Shown piece by piece: positions 1 through 43,739 of a stretch of DNA of 64,000 nucleotides. Position 1 is the stretch's first letter. Every line of letters starts with the position of its first letter. The position numbers and the translations under genes were made by a program. A model generated the notes under the pieces. It ran no database searches. It worked only from the letters and a program-made list of their open reading frames with translations, and was not told the DNA's origin. Origin of the DNA: the human T2T-CHM13v2.0 reference genome, Homo sapiens; the NCBI RefSeq assembly GCF_009914755.1, contig NC_060940.1; one strand, given 5' to 3'.

Positions 1-256
1 CAACACACAGAACTGTTCATTATGATCACCTGTGACAAGTGGGACCGGGGTGTGAGGAAGTGGGATAAACTTAAAAATACGTCACTCCTACTTCACCAAG
101 CCCTTGTGCCACAGGCCCTGCTCATAAAGATTCTGCCCCCCTCAGCCCTGCTGAGCTAGAGGTGGAGTCCTCAGAGGGCTGAGTAGGGAGAGGGCTGGGC
201 GGGGGCAGTGGAGGAGCCTGAGGTCCATTCACATGTGGAGACCCCAGGGGTCCTGA

Positions 257-3082
<2,826 letters not shown>

Positions 3083-4182
3083 CTGCCTCAGGTAGTGGGA
3101 TCCCAGGAGTGGGCAGGGGCGGGCTGACTTGCCATGGACCCTGGGCCCCGGTGTCCCCTTGTTGTTCCTGCATTTCCACTAGCAGGGGCATTCCAGAGGC
3201 AGGGACCCTCAGACTTTGGACTGTTGCCCACCCTGTTAGAGCTCAGTCACAGGTGCATGAACTTAGAGGAAGGATGCAGATACAAATCTGTATGTAACCT
3301 GTGACAACAGCTTTGGGATAAAGGGGCCTGGTCCTCTGAGGGAGATGGGCAGGGACAGCAGGAGGACGGGGTGCTGCTCTCTGCGGGACTCTGAGGCTCT
3401 TCATCTTTCTCCAGTTCTGCATTTTTTTAAACAGGCATCTATTATTTCCATCAATAAGGTCTTTTTAAAAACCAAGTAAAACGTATTTAGAGGATTTTAG
3501 GGTTGAAAGAGACCTAAGCCTTATTTTCTGGCTTCCTGCATACTTGCTATTTTGGGCACCTAAATTAACACACGACACACACATGCCTACCCACACAGAT
3601 CTAATACACGTGGTTTTTTCTCTTTTCGAGACGCAGCAGCTGGGACTACAGGTGCACACCACCATGTCCAGCTAATTTTTTTTTTTTTTTTTTTTTGTAG
3701 AGATGGGGTCTCACGGTGTTGCCCAGGTTGGTCTGGAACTCCTCTCAATCCTCCTGCCTAGGCCTTCCACAGTGCTGGGATTATAGCACTGTGAGCTGCC
3801 AGCCTGGCTTTTAATGAACTTTTTGAAAGAGGAGTAACGAGAATTTGCTTTCTCTTTCTCTTCTTTACCTAAGATAGAAAGGCACACATAGATTCTCAAG
3901 GCCTTTGACCTTTATGAATCTAGACAGAATACTGGAAACCCCTGGAAATGCTGTCCTGTGTAGAATGGAGCAGCGGCCTCACTTGTTGATCACCAGCAAA
4001 AACTGGGGACATCTGCTTGCCCCCTGCCAAGACCCGGCCCCTCCACAGGACAAGCCTGGTCTTCCTGGGTCCTGTTCCTTTGCCAGCACCGTCTTGCAGC
4101 CCCGTCTTCACGGGATGCTTTTGTAACTGCTGTGATCAGCCCTGACCTGGGCACCTGTTTGTCTCCCCAACCTTGTCTCCAG

Positions 4183-4855
4183 GATGTGTCCTGCTGTCTG
4201 CCCCGTGGGAAGAGCAGAGAAATCATCACCACCTTGGGCCCCACGGTGCCACGGGCTCAGGCAGCACAGTAGGGCGCCGGGCCTTTGGGACAGTGTCCCA
4301 GCTTCCCCTGGGGTTCACCCCTGGCTGCCAGGCCACTGAGGATGGGCAGGGGTCTCTTCTCATCAAGCCTTGTACCAGGCAAAAGACAGGCCCTGCTTGG
4401 CCGTGGTCACTGGCCGCCAAGATCAGGGCTACAGATGTCTGCTCTCTGGACCCCACGTGATCTGGCCACTGGGGACCCCCACCCGACCCCACTCCCAATG
4501 ATGAGGGGCATTTTCATTGCAAGTCAAAGGCAAGACAGGCTTCCATAAAGTCCCAGGAGGTCCCTCCTGTAGGGCACAAGGCCAGGCTGCCTCCCAGCCC
4601 CCAGGCCCTCTCCCACCTACAGAGACCCTCCCCTGCCCCCTCCACTCCGGGGCCTGTGCCGCCAGAACCGGGCTCTGCCCCCATACGCTGCCCTCGCAGC
4701 CTGGCGGCCTCCGCTGTGGCTGCCTAGCTGTCAAGAGCAAAGGCTTTTTTTTTCTTCAACCCCATTTTCTTCCATTTCTCCCACCTTTTTAATGCCAGTA
4801 ACCTCACTGAGAATGTTTTACAGTGATGGAAAATAAACTCTGTTCCAAGTTCAAC
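4183..4855 (+). other. DNAAF8: DNAAF8 putative terminal non-coding exon (3'UTR)
   Basis: Pyrimidine-rich acceptor ccttgtctccag| at 4181-4182; AATAAA at 4832-4837; 3' end approximate. Confidence 0.6.
4832..4837 (+). terminator. Polyadenylation signal AATAAA (DNAAF8)
   Basis: AATAAA followed about 25 nt later by GU-rich ctgtgtctgt. Confidence 0.7.
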
Positions 4856-4990
4856 TCTGAATTACTGTGTCTGTCAAGGCAAGGGGAGTGAGGTAGGAAG
4901 TCAGACCTGCGTCCAAAGCTGGCTCTGCCACCTGGGCAAGGTTTTCACGCTCCCAGTGCCCAGTTCCTCCACCCACAGAAGGAGAATCAT

Positions 4991-6390
<1,400 letters not shown>

Positions 6391-7069
6391 CTCTGACACT
6401 AAATAATGTCAGTTAAGGGAATGAGAAAAAGGGCAGGTCACGCACCTGGAACCTGGGCTGTGCCAAAAGGTCAAATGTGCACGTATATACAGTGACTAGG
6501 TGACAAATGCAATGGAGCATCCCAGGCTGGGATGAAGGCCAAGGCCACCTACCTATGAGGAACAACCACTGCCTGGCTGGAACGTTCCAGAACCCAGTGG
6601 TTTCCATAGCTGCCCTACGACTTCCGAGATGACTAAACCCACCAAGGACTCTATCACACTGCTTGTCTTGGCCACTCACCCACCGTGGATGTGCACAGAC
6701 CAGTGGCTCCCACGCAGCACAGGCCAGACAAAAGCTGGAAGGTGAAGGCTTCTTACCTTAGAAAGACAAAGTGGGGCAACCGTGGAAGGCCACATTCCAG
6801 ACACTAAGGGGCCAGGAGCAAACGCAGCCCTGGGCCCCGGCCCTGGGGAGATGTCAGGCCCGTCACATCCCAGGCAACATGTCAGGAAGATGGAACTCAG
6901 GGGTGCTTTCCCGCCCCAGGTGTCTTCCGCCCTGCAGAGCAGCTATGGATCTGCAAAGGGGACTGGAATGCTGCAGAGCCCCGGGCTCCATTTGGAAACT
7001 CTGGCAGGATGAAGAAGCTGGAGACCACGTCCTGGGAAGGCTGGGGTACAGCAGGGCTCCCTGCAGCAG

Positions 7070-7630
7070 ACGAGGGGTCCCTCAAATTCATGTGCACCCA
7101 GACCTCAGAATGTGACCTTATTTGGAAACACGGGTTTTGATGATATAATTAGTTAAGATGAGGTCACAGTGTATTGGGGGACCCTAAACCCAGTGAGTGG
7201 TGGCCCTACCAAAAAAGAGACTGGGCATGGCGGCACACACCTGTAACCCCAGCTACTCAGGAGGATGAGGCAGGAGGAACACTTGAGCCCAGGGATTCGA
7301 GGCTGCAGTGAGCTATGATCATGGCACTGTATTCCCGCCTGGGGGACACAGCAAGGCCCCGTCTCAAAAAAAAAAGGGGGGGGGAGCAGGTGGGGGGTAC
7401 ACACAGAGACAGCGCACAGGGTCACAGACACACAGGAGAGGGGTTGGGACGTGGGGATGAGGCTGTATGCCAGCAGCCACTGGATGCTGGAGGCAGCTGA
7501 TGGACCCTCCCAGGCCCTTCAGGAGCCAGCCCCACGAACACCTTGAGTGTCGGCTTCTGGCCTCCTGAGTGTGTCTCTGTGGCTGAAGCCCCTGCTCTGT
7601 GTCACCTGTTCTGGCTGCCACTGGACACTC
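7070..7630 (+). mobile_element. MLT1-type MaLR LTR fragment interrupted by an Alu (7222-7375), inside the ZNF500 3'UTR
   Basis: cctcagaatgtgaccttatttggaaa...gttaagatgaggtca; caccttga...ttctggcctcc motifs. Confidence 0.7.
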
Positions 7631-7833
7631 AGAGCCTGTCCTTGCCCTTGTTCTGCACCCAGTGCCCAGCTTCCTCTGCGGCCTGGGCATCCCAAATGTC
7701 CCCTGCTGGCCTCATACTGGGCCATGGGAGGAAACGGGCAGCTGGCAATGCTTTCGGACCAGGCTGTCTAGCAGTTTCCTGAATTCTGTGCCCAGGGATG
7801 AGAGTCCTGGAAAGGGAGTTTCAGGCCTGGTGA

Positions 7834-21425
<13,592 letters not shown>

Positions 21426-21880
21426 TGCTTCCGGTGGGCCTTGTTCCTTTTCAGGCCTTAGAGTTGAACCTGTCTCTCTCTATACCTCTGGCCAGACACA
21501 GGAAGAGAGTTTTTTTCAGGGCCCTGTGGAGAGACGATAAAACCATCCGAAGGGCAGCCCTGGGGCTGGATAAGCCCTTTGGCCTGGGAAGCCCCTGCCC
21601 TGGCTCCAAGGCCAGCTCACGCCACCATGGAAAAGGAAAAGGAAGTGGATGAATGTCATCTTTGTTATTAACCCCCTGTTAATTCCCGGGTAATTTACTG
21701 AAGGGCTCTGGGCTTTGCTTCCTCACTGGGCAAACAGAGATGATAACAGGACCTACACACACAGGTTGCTGACAGAACTAAAAGGGATGGCTGGGGGCAG
21801 TAGCTGACGCCTGTAATCCCCGCACTTTGGGAGGCAGAGGAGGGCAGATCACGTGAGTTCAGGAGTTGACCACCTGGTCA

Positions 21881-22900
<1,020 letters not shown>

Positions 22901-24099
22901 CACGGTGGCTCACACCTGTAATCCTAGCACTTTGGGAGGCCGACGCGGGCGGATCACCTGAGGTCGGGAGTTCGAGACCAGCCTGACTAACGTGGAGAAA
23001 CCTGGGCGTGGTGGTTCATGCCTGTAATCCTAGCTACTCAGGAGGCTAAGGCGCAGGTTGCAGTGAGCCGACATCCTGCCATTGTCCTCCAGCCTGGGCA
23101 ACAAGAGCGAAACTCCATCTCAAAAAATAAATAAATAAATAATAAATAAATAAAATAAATAAAGGCAGAAGTTGTTCAAGATAAAACTGGAAGAGATGCC
23201 AAGTGCTTGCGCCCACCCTCCCGCAAGAGGGCCCCCAACAACGTCCAACCCCAAATATCCCTTGTCCTGCCTGCTTCTTTCTGACAACATAATAATGGGC
23301 ATCAATCTTTGTTGTTGTTGTTAGAGATGAAGTCCCACCATGGTGCCTAGGCTGGTCTCAAACTCCTGGGCCCAAGCAATCTTCCCGCCTCAGCTTCCCA
23401 AAGTGTCAGGATTACAGGTGTGCCCAGCCAGGTATCAATTCTTGTATGTATGTATTTATTTATTTAGAGACAGGGTCTCACTCTGTCGCCCAGGCTAGAG
23501 TGCAGTGGCTCGACCTTGGCTCACAGCAACCTCCGCCGCCCGGTTTTAAGCAATTCTCCTACCTAACCTCCCGAATAGTTGGGATTACAGGCACGAACCA
23601 CCAGGTCCGGCTAATTTTTGTATTTTTAGTAGAGATGGGGTTTCCCCATGTTGCCCAGGCTGGTCTCCAACGGCCTCAAGCAATCCACCCACGTCAGCCT
23701 CCCAAAGTGCTGAGATTACAGGAGTAAGCCACCGCTCCCGGTCGCATCAATTCTTGAGCATCAAGCAAGCAAAACACATTTGTACTTCGTTTCTTCCTCA
23801 TTTAGTAATAGAGGTACTATAACTAGACCTACCGGTTCAACAAAACAAAACAAAAGCCTGAAGCTCTGAGAGTTTTAAGTATTGAACCCCCCAGAGAAGG
23901 TCAAACAGGAAGTACAGAAATGGGATTGGAACCCAAATCTTTGATTCCAGAACTTCAGCTCCTAACTACCAGGTTAACGTAGTTTGCCCCTAATCCTAAC
24001 TTGGGCATCCTAAGGCCCGTCTCCTATGCTGGATTCTCGCTGCTTTTCCTCTTTGGTTGAACATGATCCGGAGTTTCCCTCTGCCTGGGGTGCCCAGGA

Positions 24100-24510
24100 A
24101 AGAGTCCCAGCACCGAGTTCGGGTGAGCAGCAACGCAGCATACACAGCAGGCGTACACTCAACGTACGCCCCGCCCCGCACAAGCTCCGCCCCGCATGCG
24201 CGCCCCGCCTCGCATCCCGGATCTACCCCCGGAATCTCGCGCGTCTTTCCCAAAGCATCGGCTAGGACTCAGCCCGCCGGAAACAAATTTGGGGACGCCG
24301 GATTCAGGAAGCTGGCAGGACTACATTTCCCAGAGCGCCCCGCGCCCTCCCCGGAGGCAGATTCCTGGGCGCTCTAGAGGGGGTGGGTTGGCGGCCTGGA
24401 GGGTCTCCTCAAGTGGCGGCACTGCCAGGGGCTCGGAGGAAGGGGCTGCAGTCTCCCGGTGGCAGCGTCCTTGTCGTCGAGACTGCGGGCGGTTCCCTTG
24501 CGCGCCCTGA
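24100..24510. promoter_or_regulatory. Second CpG-rich promoter-like element with no obvious gene
   Basis: GC boxes 24168-24210, NRF1-like GCATGCGC 24194-24201, ETS CCGGAA at about 24229 and 24277, ZNF143-type ACTACATTTCCCAG 24320-24333. Confidence 0.65.
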
Positions 24511-25873
24511 ACCTCAGTTTCCATATCTGTTAATGGGGGACATTAACCCTCAAGGTTGTAACTCATTCAAGACCATTCATCCAGGCATAATAAATGCATA
24601 AACGCTGCACGTTGAGTCCTCCCAACTGCCCCCTTAACTAGGCGCTCGGGTGATGGAGTGGTGGCAGGTGCCTGCTTTCATGGAGCTTGCCATGAGAGGC
24701 ATACAGTGGACAAAATTACCATGAGAGGCATACAGTGGACAAAATTGCACGAAGAATTGTTTAATCACTTCTTTGGCAAATGTTAGCAAGCGGCGTAAAA
24801 GAGGGAACCTGATACCTTCAGGGTGGAAGTGACAGTTGAGCAGCCTAGGGTTAACCTGGGGAACCGGTGGGGAGGATTCCAGACAGCAGGAGTGAAAAGT
24901 GCAAAGGTCCTGGGGCCGGAGAGAACACGGTGCGTTTGAGGGACAGAATGGAGACCAGAGATTGGGAGATGTGGCTGGAGGGATGGGCAAGGCCTGACCA
25001 TACTTGGAGACTCTGGTGAGGATTAAGGATTTTATCCTTGGAGTCAATAGAGTTTGGGGTTTTAAGTAGGATAGCATCGTGATCAGATAAGAAGCTTTGT
25101 GGAGTACAGATCTCAGAAAGACTGGAGAGGAGCAGTGAGACTATCTGGAAGCTCCTGGAGTGGTCCAGAGTTGGGGTAACTAGTGATGGTGGTAGTCACT
25201 GACAAGGATCTGGCCAAGATTCCTGGAGCACATTCAACAGTGCTTGGTGGTTGATTAGCTTGGGGTGGAGGAGGGAGACAAGGATAACTCCTTTGTACAA
25301 TGGGGATGGTAACATCACCTGCAGTAGGCACCATTATGGTAAAGAGACAGAACAGAACGTCAGACACATATAGGCTTAATATGTCCTAATTCTGTTAGTA
25401 ATAAAGACTACCTCTGTGTTCAGGGCAGTGTTGTTTGTAATGGCAAAACCGAAAACAGTCTAAATGTTAGTCAACAGGAGAATGATGGATAAATCTCACG
25501 GAGGCTATGCCAAACAAAAAAAGGCAAGTGGCAATATGATACAATTTTCATAAATTTTGAAAATGCAAAACAATTCTACATATGATTTAGAGACATGTAT
25601 GCGGTTCAAAGAAATGTTTGGGACTTGGATGAACACCAAATTCAGGATGGTGATGGGGCAAACGTTGAAGAGGGATGTGATGGGGGGAAGGTTCAGGGGG
25701 CAAAAACTGCAAGTTTTAATGTGCTTTTTATTTATTTTTAATTTATATATTTATATTTTTATATTTATTTATATTTTTTTATTTATTTTTACTTATTTTA
25801 TTTTATTTTTTTTTGAGACAGACTCTCACTGTTGCCCAGGCTGGAGTGCAGTGGCGCAATCTGGGCTCACTGA

Positions 25874-26149
<276 letters not shown>

Positions 26150-26276
26150 TGAAGTATTAAAACCTACCAAATGTTTTAATAAATAATCTTAAATAGGCCA
26201 GGTGCGGTGGCTCACGCCTGTAATCACAGCACTTTGGGAGGCCGAAGCAGGCAGATCACTTGAGGTCAGGAGTTCA

Positions 26277-26558
<282 letters not shown>

Positions 26559-26592
26559 TCATGAGGTCAGGAGATCGAGGCCATCGTGGCTA

Positions 26593-26851
<259 letters not shown>

Positions 26852-27429
26852 TTAGGAGGCCGAGGAGGGCAGATCGCTTGAGTCCAGGAGTTCAAGACCA
26901 GCCTGGGGCTGGGCGAAACCCCATCTCTACTAAAAATGCGAAAATTAGACAGGCAGGGTAGTACACGCCTCTAATCCCAGCTACTCGGGGGGCTGAGGCA
27001 GGAGGATTTCTTGAGCCTGGGAGGCGGAGGTTGTGATGAGCTGAGATTGTGCCACTGCACTCCAGCCTGGGTGACAAAGAGAGACCCTGTCTCAAAAATA
27101 AAATAATTAAATCTTCAAAAAGAGCCTCCAGAGGCTGCAGGGCTCTGTAGACACCTTGATTCTGGCCCAGTGATATTGATCTCATACTCCTGACCTCTGG
27201 AGCTATAGGAGGATACACGTGTGTTGTTTTAAGCCTCTGCATTTGTGCTAATTTGTTACAGCAGCCACAAGAAGTGAAAACATATGGAATGTAGTGCTCT
27301 GGGTGGCCAGGGAGGCTGTTTCCCCTCCTTTACAACACTGGACAGCCTTGGGGGATCCCCTAACACATGCGCATAACAGTTAGTGGTGCACAATGTGGGG
27401 GTGCTATGCTTCCCCCAGGGGACACGTGA

Positions 27430-27759
<330 letters not shown>

Positions 27760-28609
27760 TAATTAGCAACAAAGTGAGAGTTGCTACTGGTGTCTGGTGG
27801 GTGGAGGCCAGGGATGCTACTAAACATCCTACAGTGTACAGGACAGTCCCCACCACAAAGAATGATCTAGACTGGGTGAGGTGGCTCGTGCCTGTAATCC
27901 CAGCACTTTGGGAAGCTGCAGCAGGAGGATCTCTTGAGCCCAGGAGTTCATGACCAGCATCGGCATCATAGTGAGATTCTATCTCTACAACACTAGATAA
28001 AAATTAGCTGAGGGGCCCAGTGCGGTGGCTCAAGCCTGTAATCCCAGCACTTTCAGAGGCTGAGGCGGGCAGATGGCTTGAGCTCAGGAGGTCGAGACCA
28101 GCCTGGGCAACATTGTAAAACCCTGTTTCTACCAAAAATCCAAAAAAAAAAAAATTAGCTGGGCATGGTGGCATGCACCTGTGGTCCTAGCTACTTGGGA
28201 GGCTGAGGTGGGAGGATCGCTTGAGCCCAGGAGGCAGAGGTTGCAGTGAGCTGAGATCATGCCCACGGAATTCCAGGTTCAGTGACAGCTAGAACCCATC
28301 TCAAAAGAAGAAAAAAAAATCTTTGGCTGCTTTGCCTGTGGAGTAGTCATTCTTTTATTCCTTTGCTTTCGTTTTTTTTTTTGTTTTTTTTTTTTTGAGA
28401 CAGAGTTTCGTTCTCTCGCCCAGGCTGGAGCGCAGTGGCGTGATCTCCACTCACTGCAAGCTCCGCCTCCCAGGTTCACGCCATTCTCCTGCCTCAGCCT
28501 CCTGAGTAGCTGGGACTACAGGCGCCCGCCACCATGCCTGGCTAATTTTTTGTATTTTTAGTAGAGACGGGGTTTCACCATGTTAGCCAGGATGGTCTCG
28601 ATCTCCTGA

Positions 28610-28969
<360 letters not shown>

Positions 28970-29594
28970 TGACCCAGCCTTCTTGATTAACTTTCAAAAA
29001 AAAAAAAAAAAAAAGCCTGGCACTGTGGCTCATGCCTGTAATCCCAGCACTTTGGGAGGCCGGGACGGGCGGATCATGAGGTCAGGAGTTTGAGACCAGC
29101 CTACTCAACATGGTGAAACCCCGTCTCTACTAAAAATACAAAAATTAGCCGGGTGTGGTGGCGGGAGCCTGTAATCCCAGCTATTCGGGAGGCTGAGGTG
29201 GGCAGATCACCTGAAGCCGGGAGTTCAAGACCAGCCTGGCCAACATGGTGAAACCCTGTCTCTACTAAAAATACAAAAATTAGCCGGGCATGGTGGTACG
29301 CACCCATGATCCCAGCTAGTAGGGAGGCTGAGGCGGGAGAATCTCTTGAACCCGGGAGGCAGAGTTGCAGTGAGCCAATATTGTGCCATTGCATTCCAGC
29401 CTGGGTGACAAGAGCGAAACTCCATCTTAAAAAAAAAAAAAAATTAGCTGGGTGTGGTGGCATGTGCCTGTAGTCCCAGCTACTCAGGAGGCTGAGGTGG
29501 GAGGATCACTTGGGCCTGAGACGTTGAGGCTGCAGTGAACTATGATTGAGCCACCGCATTCCAACCTGGGCAGTAGAGCAAGACCCTGTCTCAA

Positions 29595-29595
29595 A

Positions 29596-29629
<34 letters not shown>

Positions 29630-29640
29630 AGGAGAAGAAA
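29595..29640 (+). repeat. (GAA/GAG)n purine-rich Alu-tail repeat
   Basis: aagaagaagaagaagaggaagaagagg.. Confidence 0.85.
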
Positions 29641-29785
29641 TAGAATGATCTAGCACAAGTGCTGGTGGTGCAGAGGTTGAGAAACCTGGTCTGTGAGATG
29701 TATTCCTAGAAATGCAACGGCTGAGCCAAAGGGTGTGTGCTTTTGAAATGCTGTAGATGTTTCCATATTGCCCAGGGCTAATCTT

Positions 29786-30511
29786 TTTTTTTTATTTATT
29801 TTTATTATTTTATTTTATTTTTTTATTGATCATTCTTGGGTGTTTCTCGCAGAGGGGGATTTGGCAGGGTCATAGGACAATAGTGGAGGGAAGGTCAGCA
29901 GATAAACAAGTGAACAAAGCTCTCTGGTTTTCCTAGGCAGAGGACCCTGCGGCCTTCCGCAGTGTTTGTGTCCCTGGGTACTTAAGATTAGGGAGTGGTG
30001 ATGACTCTTAACGAGCATGCTGCCTTCAAGCATCTGTTTAACAAAGCACATCTTGCACTGCCCTTAATCCATTTAACCCTGAGTGGACACAGCACATGTT
30101 TCAGAGAGCACAGGGTTGGGGGTAAGGTCACAGATCAACAGGATCCCAAGGCAGAAGAATTTTTCTTAGTACAGAACAAAATGAAAAGTCTCCCATGTCT
30201 ACCCCTTTCTACACAGACACGGCAACCATCCGATTTCTCAATCTTTTCCCCACCTTCCCCCCCTTTCTATTCCACAAAACCGCCATTGTCATCATGGCCC
30301 ATTCTCAATGAGCTGTTGGGTACACCTCCCAGACGGGGTGGTGGCCGGGCAGAGGGGCTCCTCACTTCCCAGTAGGGGCGGCCGGGCAGAGGCGCCCCTC
30401 ACCTCCCGGACGGGGCGGCTGGCCGGGCGGGGGGCTGACCCCCCCACCTCCCTCCCGGACGGGGCGGCTGGCCGGGCGGGGGGCTGACACCCCCACCTCC
30501 CTCCCGGACGG
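29786..30511 (-). mobile_element. 5'-truncated SVA retrotransposon (partial VNTR + SINE-R + poly-A)
   Basis: HERV-K-derived SINE-R sequence 29830-30320, GC-rich VNTR units (cccggacggggcggctggccgggcggggggctgac), 16-bp TSD gcccagggctaatctt at 29770-29785 and 30512-30527. Confidence 0.95.
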
Positions 30512-31194
30512 GCCCAGGGCTAATCTTAAACCTTGGGATGTGCTGTGACGTGGGCCAGTGTCTCAGCCAACTCAGATGTTGGTCGTGGGTGGTTTGAGTG
30601 CCCACGGGCTCTGGAAGCTCCCCAGTCCTGGAGTCAGCCTGCGGTGTGGGTGGAGAAGCTGGTTTGTGAATTCAACCAGCAGATCGCTGTAGGGCAGGCA
30701 ATGCAGGGTCCGTTCTGTTCAGTCAGCAGCCCTGTTCTTACCACCTGCCATGCACTGGATGCAGGGATGAAACTGACATATCTCTGCCCTCACTATGTTT
30801 CCAGCCTAATGGGGGAGACTGACCAGGAAACAAACTAGGTGACACACACTCAGAGGGGGCAGTGAGTGGGTTGCCTGGGGAAGGCAAGGAGGGCTTCAGG
30901 GAGAAGGTGACTTTTAGTTGGAACAAAACTGCTACTCATTGTTGTCATTTGTTGAAGGCTCACCTTGCACCCAGCTTCCTAGATTAGAGGGGTAGCCCTT
31001 TCTTTTATTACCAAACTAATGACTAACGTAGCTTTGGCCCCCATGGTGTGGGATTCTGTGAAATCCATTTATTTTCTAGCTTTTTTGTTTTGTTTTGTTT
31101 TGTTTTTGAGATGGAGTCTCGCTCTGTTGCCCAGGCTGAAGTGCAACGGTGTGATCTCGGCTCACTGCAACCTCTACCTGCCGGGTTCAAGTGA

Positions 31195-31492
<298 letters not shown>

Positions 31493-32278
31493 ACTCCTAA
31501 CCTCAGGTGATCTGCCCGCCTCGGCCTCCCAAAGTGCTGGGATTTCAGGCGTGAGCACCGTGCCCGGCCTATTTTCTAGCTTTCTGGAGAGTCCCTGGGC
31601 TGTGGAGCTCACACATTCTGCAGCAGGTCCTCCACCCTGGACTGCTGCTCCATCTTGATCATGTAGCCTCTGTCTTCATGCCATTTCTCCAGGTTGTGGT
31701 CGGCACATCCTAGGGAGTATTTTATTTTGTCTGAACAACAGTGCTATGTGCTTGGTACCATGATCCCCATTTTACAGATGAGGAAAGTGAGGCAAGGGGA
31801 GCATAAGTAACTGACTTGCCTGCTGGGATTTTCACACTGGCATTGCCAGGCTCCACAGTGGGAGCTGTTTGCTGGCCATGCTGGCCCCTGGGGCAGGGGA
31901 ATGAGGAAGGTGGGGGATGGTGGAACACAGAGATCAGGTAAGACAGCCAGAGATCAGGCCACAAAGATGGGGATTTTGAAAGTGTTCTTGGCCTGTGGGC
32001 CTAGCCCCGGGCCAGGAGTAAGGGGCTGGGACAGATGGGAGAGCTGATTTTGTCACTTGGGTCTGGCTCTGGGGCAGAGGGGGCTGGTTGTCCAAGGCAT
32101 GCCTTCCCAGGCCTTCAAGATTCCTAGGGCCTTGGGTCTCACATTATTCAAAAAGAAAGCTGGGTGCTGTGGCTCATGCCTGTAATCCCAGCACTTTGGG
32201 AGGCTGAGGCAGATGGATCACTTGAGGTCAGGAATTTGAGACTAGCCTGGCCAACGTGGTGAAACCCCGTCTCCACTA

Positions 32279-32769
<491 letters not shown>

Positions 32770-33082
32770 TCAGAAACAACAACCAACAACCACCACAAAA
32801 ACATACTTGGTTGGCAGCAGTGGTAATCCCAGTGTTTTGGAAGGCTGAGGCGGAAGGATCACCTGAGGTCAGCTAAAGACCAGCCTGAGCAACCTAGTGA
32901 GGCCTTATCTCTACAAAAAAAAATGGTAAAAATCAGCCCATCAAGGTGGTGTCATGCCCATAGTCTTGGCTACTTGAGAGGCTGAGGCAGGAGGATCACT
33001 TGAGCCCAGAAATTTGAGGCTGCAGTGAGTCATGATTGCGCCACTGTACTCCAGCCTGGGTAACAGAGTGACACCCAGCCTT

Positions 33083-33173
33083 TTTATTTGTGGATAGCTC
33101 AAAGAAGTCATTTACAAAATGCCTTTTGTTTTCAAAGCACAGCTTTTCATAAAAAGCAAGGCTCACATTTAAT
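33083..33173 (-). terminator. SEPTIN12 candidate poly(A) signals (ATTAAA 33173-33168; AATAAA 33088-33083)
   Basis: tttaat and tttatt on the + strand, about 80 and 165 nt past the stop. Confidence 0.6.
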
Positions 33174-33251
33174 AGATGCTCTGGTACATAGGTGTGTGTT
33201 GAGAGCCGCTGGGGACTCAGGAAGCCCAGCAGCCCCGGGATCCGCCGGTGG

Positions 33252-43133
<9,882 letters not shown>

Positions 43134-43739
43134 GGGGGCCAAGGGTTCGAGATGCCTGTCACCAGGTGGGTGGGGAGAAGGGGGTCACTGGGGCTCAGAG
43201 GAGCCCACATTGACCTCTCCTATCTGAACCCCTATTTGAGCTTGGCCGTTGGCCAACCCCCTCCACACTTCATGCCTCTGGTGTACCCTAAGTGCCTGTA
43301 GTCCCAGGGGTGTGGCAAGGGTGCCTGTGGGGAGCTGTTTCTGCAGGGTGCCTCAACACCCATCCAGAGAGGCTCCGCTGCCCAAGGGTCTGCCCTGTCC
43401 CCACCTACAGCCCAGGCAGGGGCCTCTCAGGTCGCTTCCCCCAGCAGAGCCCGGAGGGCCAGGCAAAGTCCAGGATGGGTGTTTGCAGCCAGGCTGGAGT
43501 CCTGGAGGGGCTTCAGGGAGTGTGTATGGGGTGAAGTGGCTCCCGTCCCAGCAGGAAACTTGGGCAGGGGGCTCAGGAGGAGGTGCCCCCACTTTCCCCA
43601 GGGGGACACACAGCAGAGTTGATAGAGAGCGAGAAAGACGGCACAGGCATGAAGGTGACGGAGACAGAGAGAGAGAGACCAAGGCCAGGCAGGGAAGATG
43701 GCTGGGAGGGAGCGGTGCGAAGAGCCCACGGGGGGCAGA

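Noticed and set aside
30340-30511. Regularly repeated GC-rich units resembling an array
   Set aside because: SVA VNTR with no unique spacers; not CRISPR-like, and the DNA is eukaryotic
29830-30605. ORFs of 68-126 aa in the SVA
   Set aside because: Standard SINE-R/VNTR translations; SVA is non-autonomous
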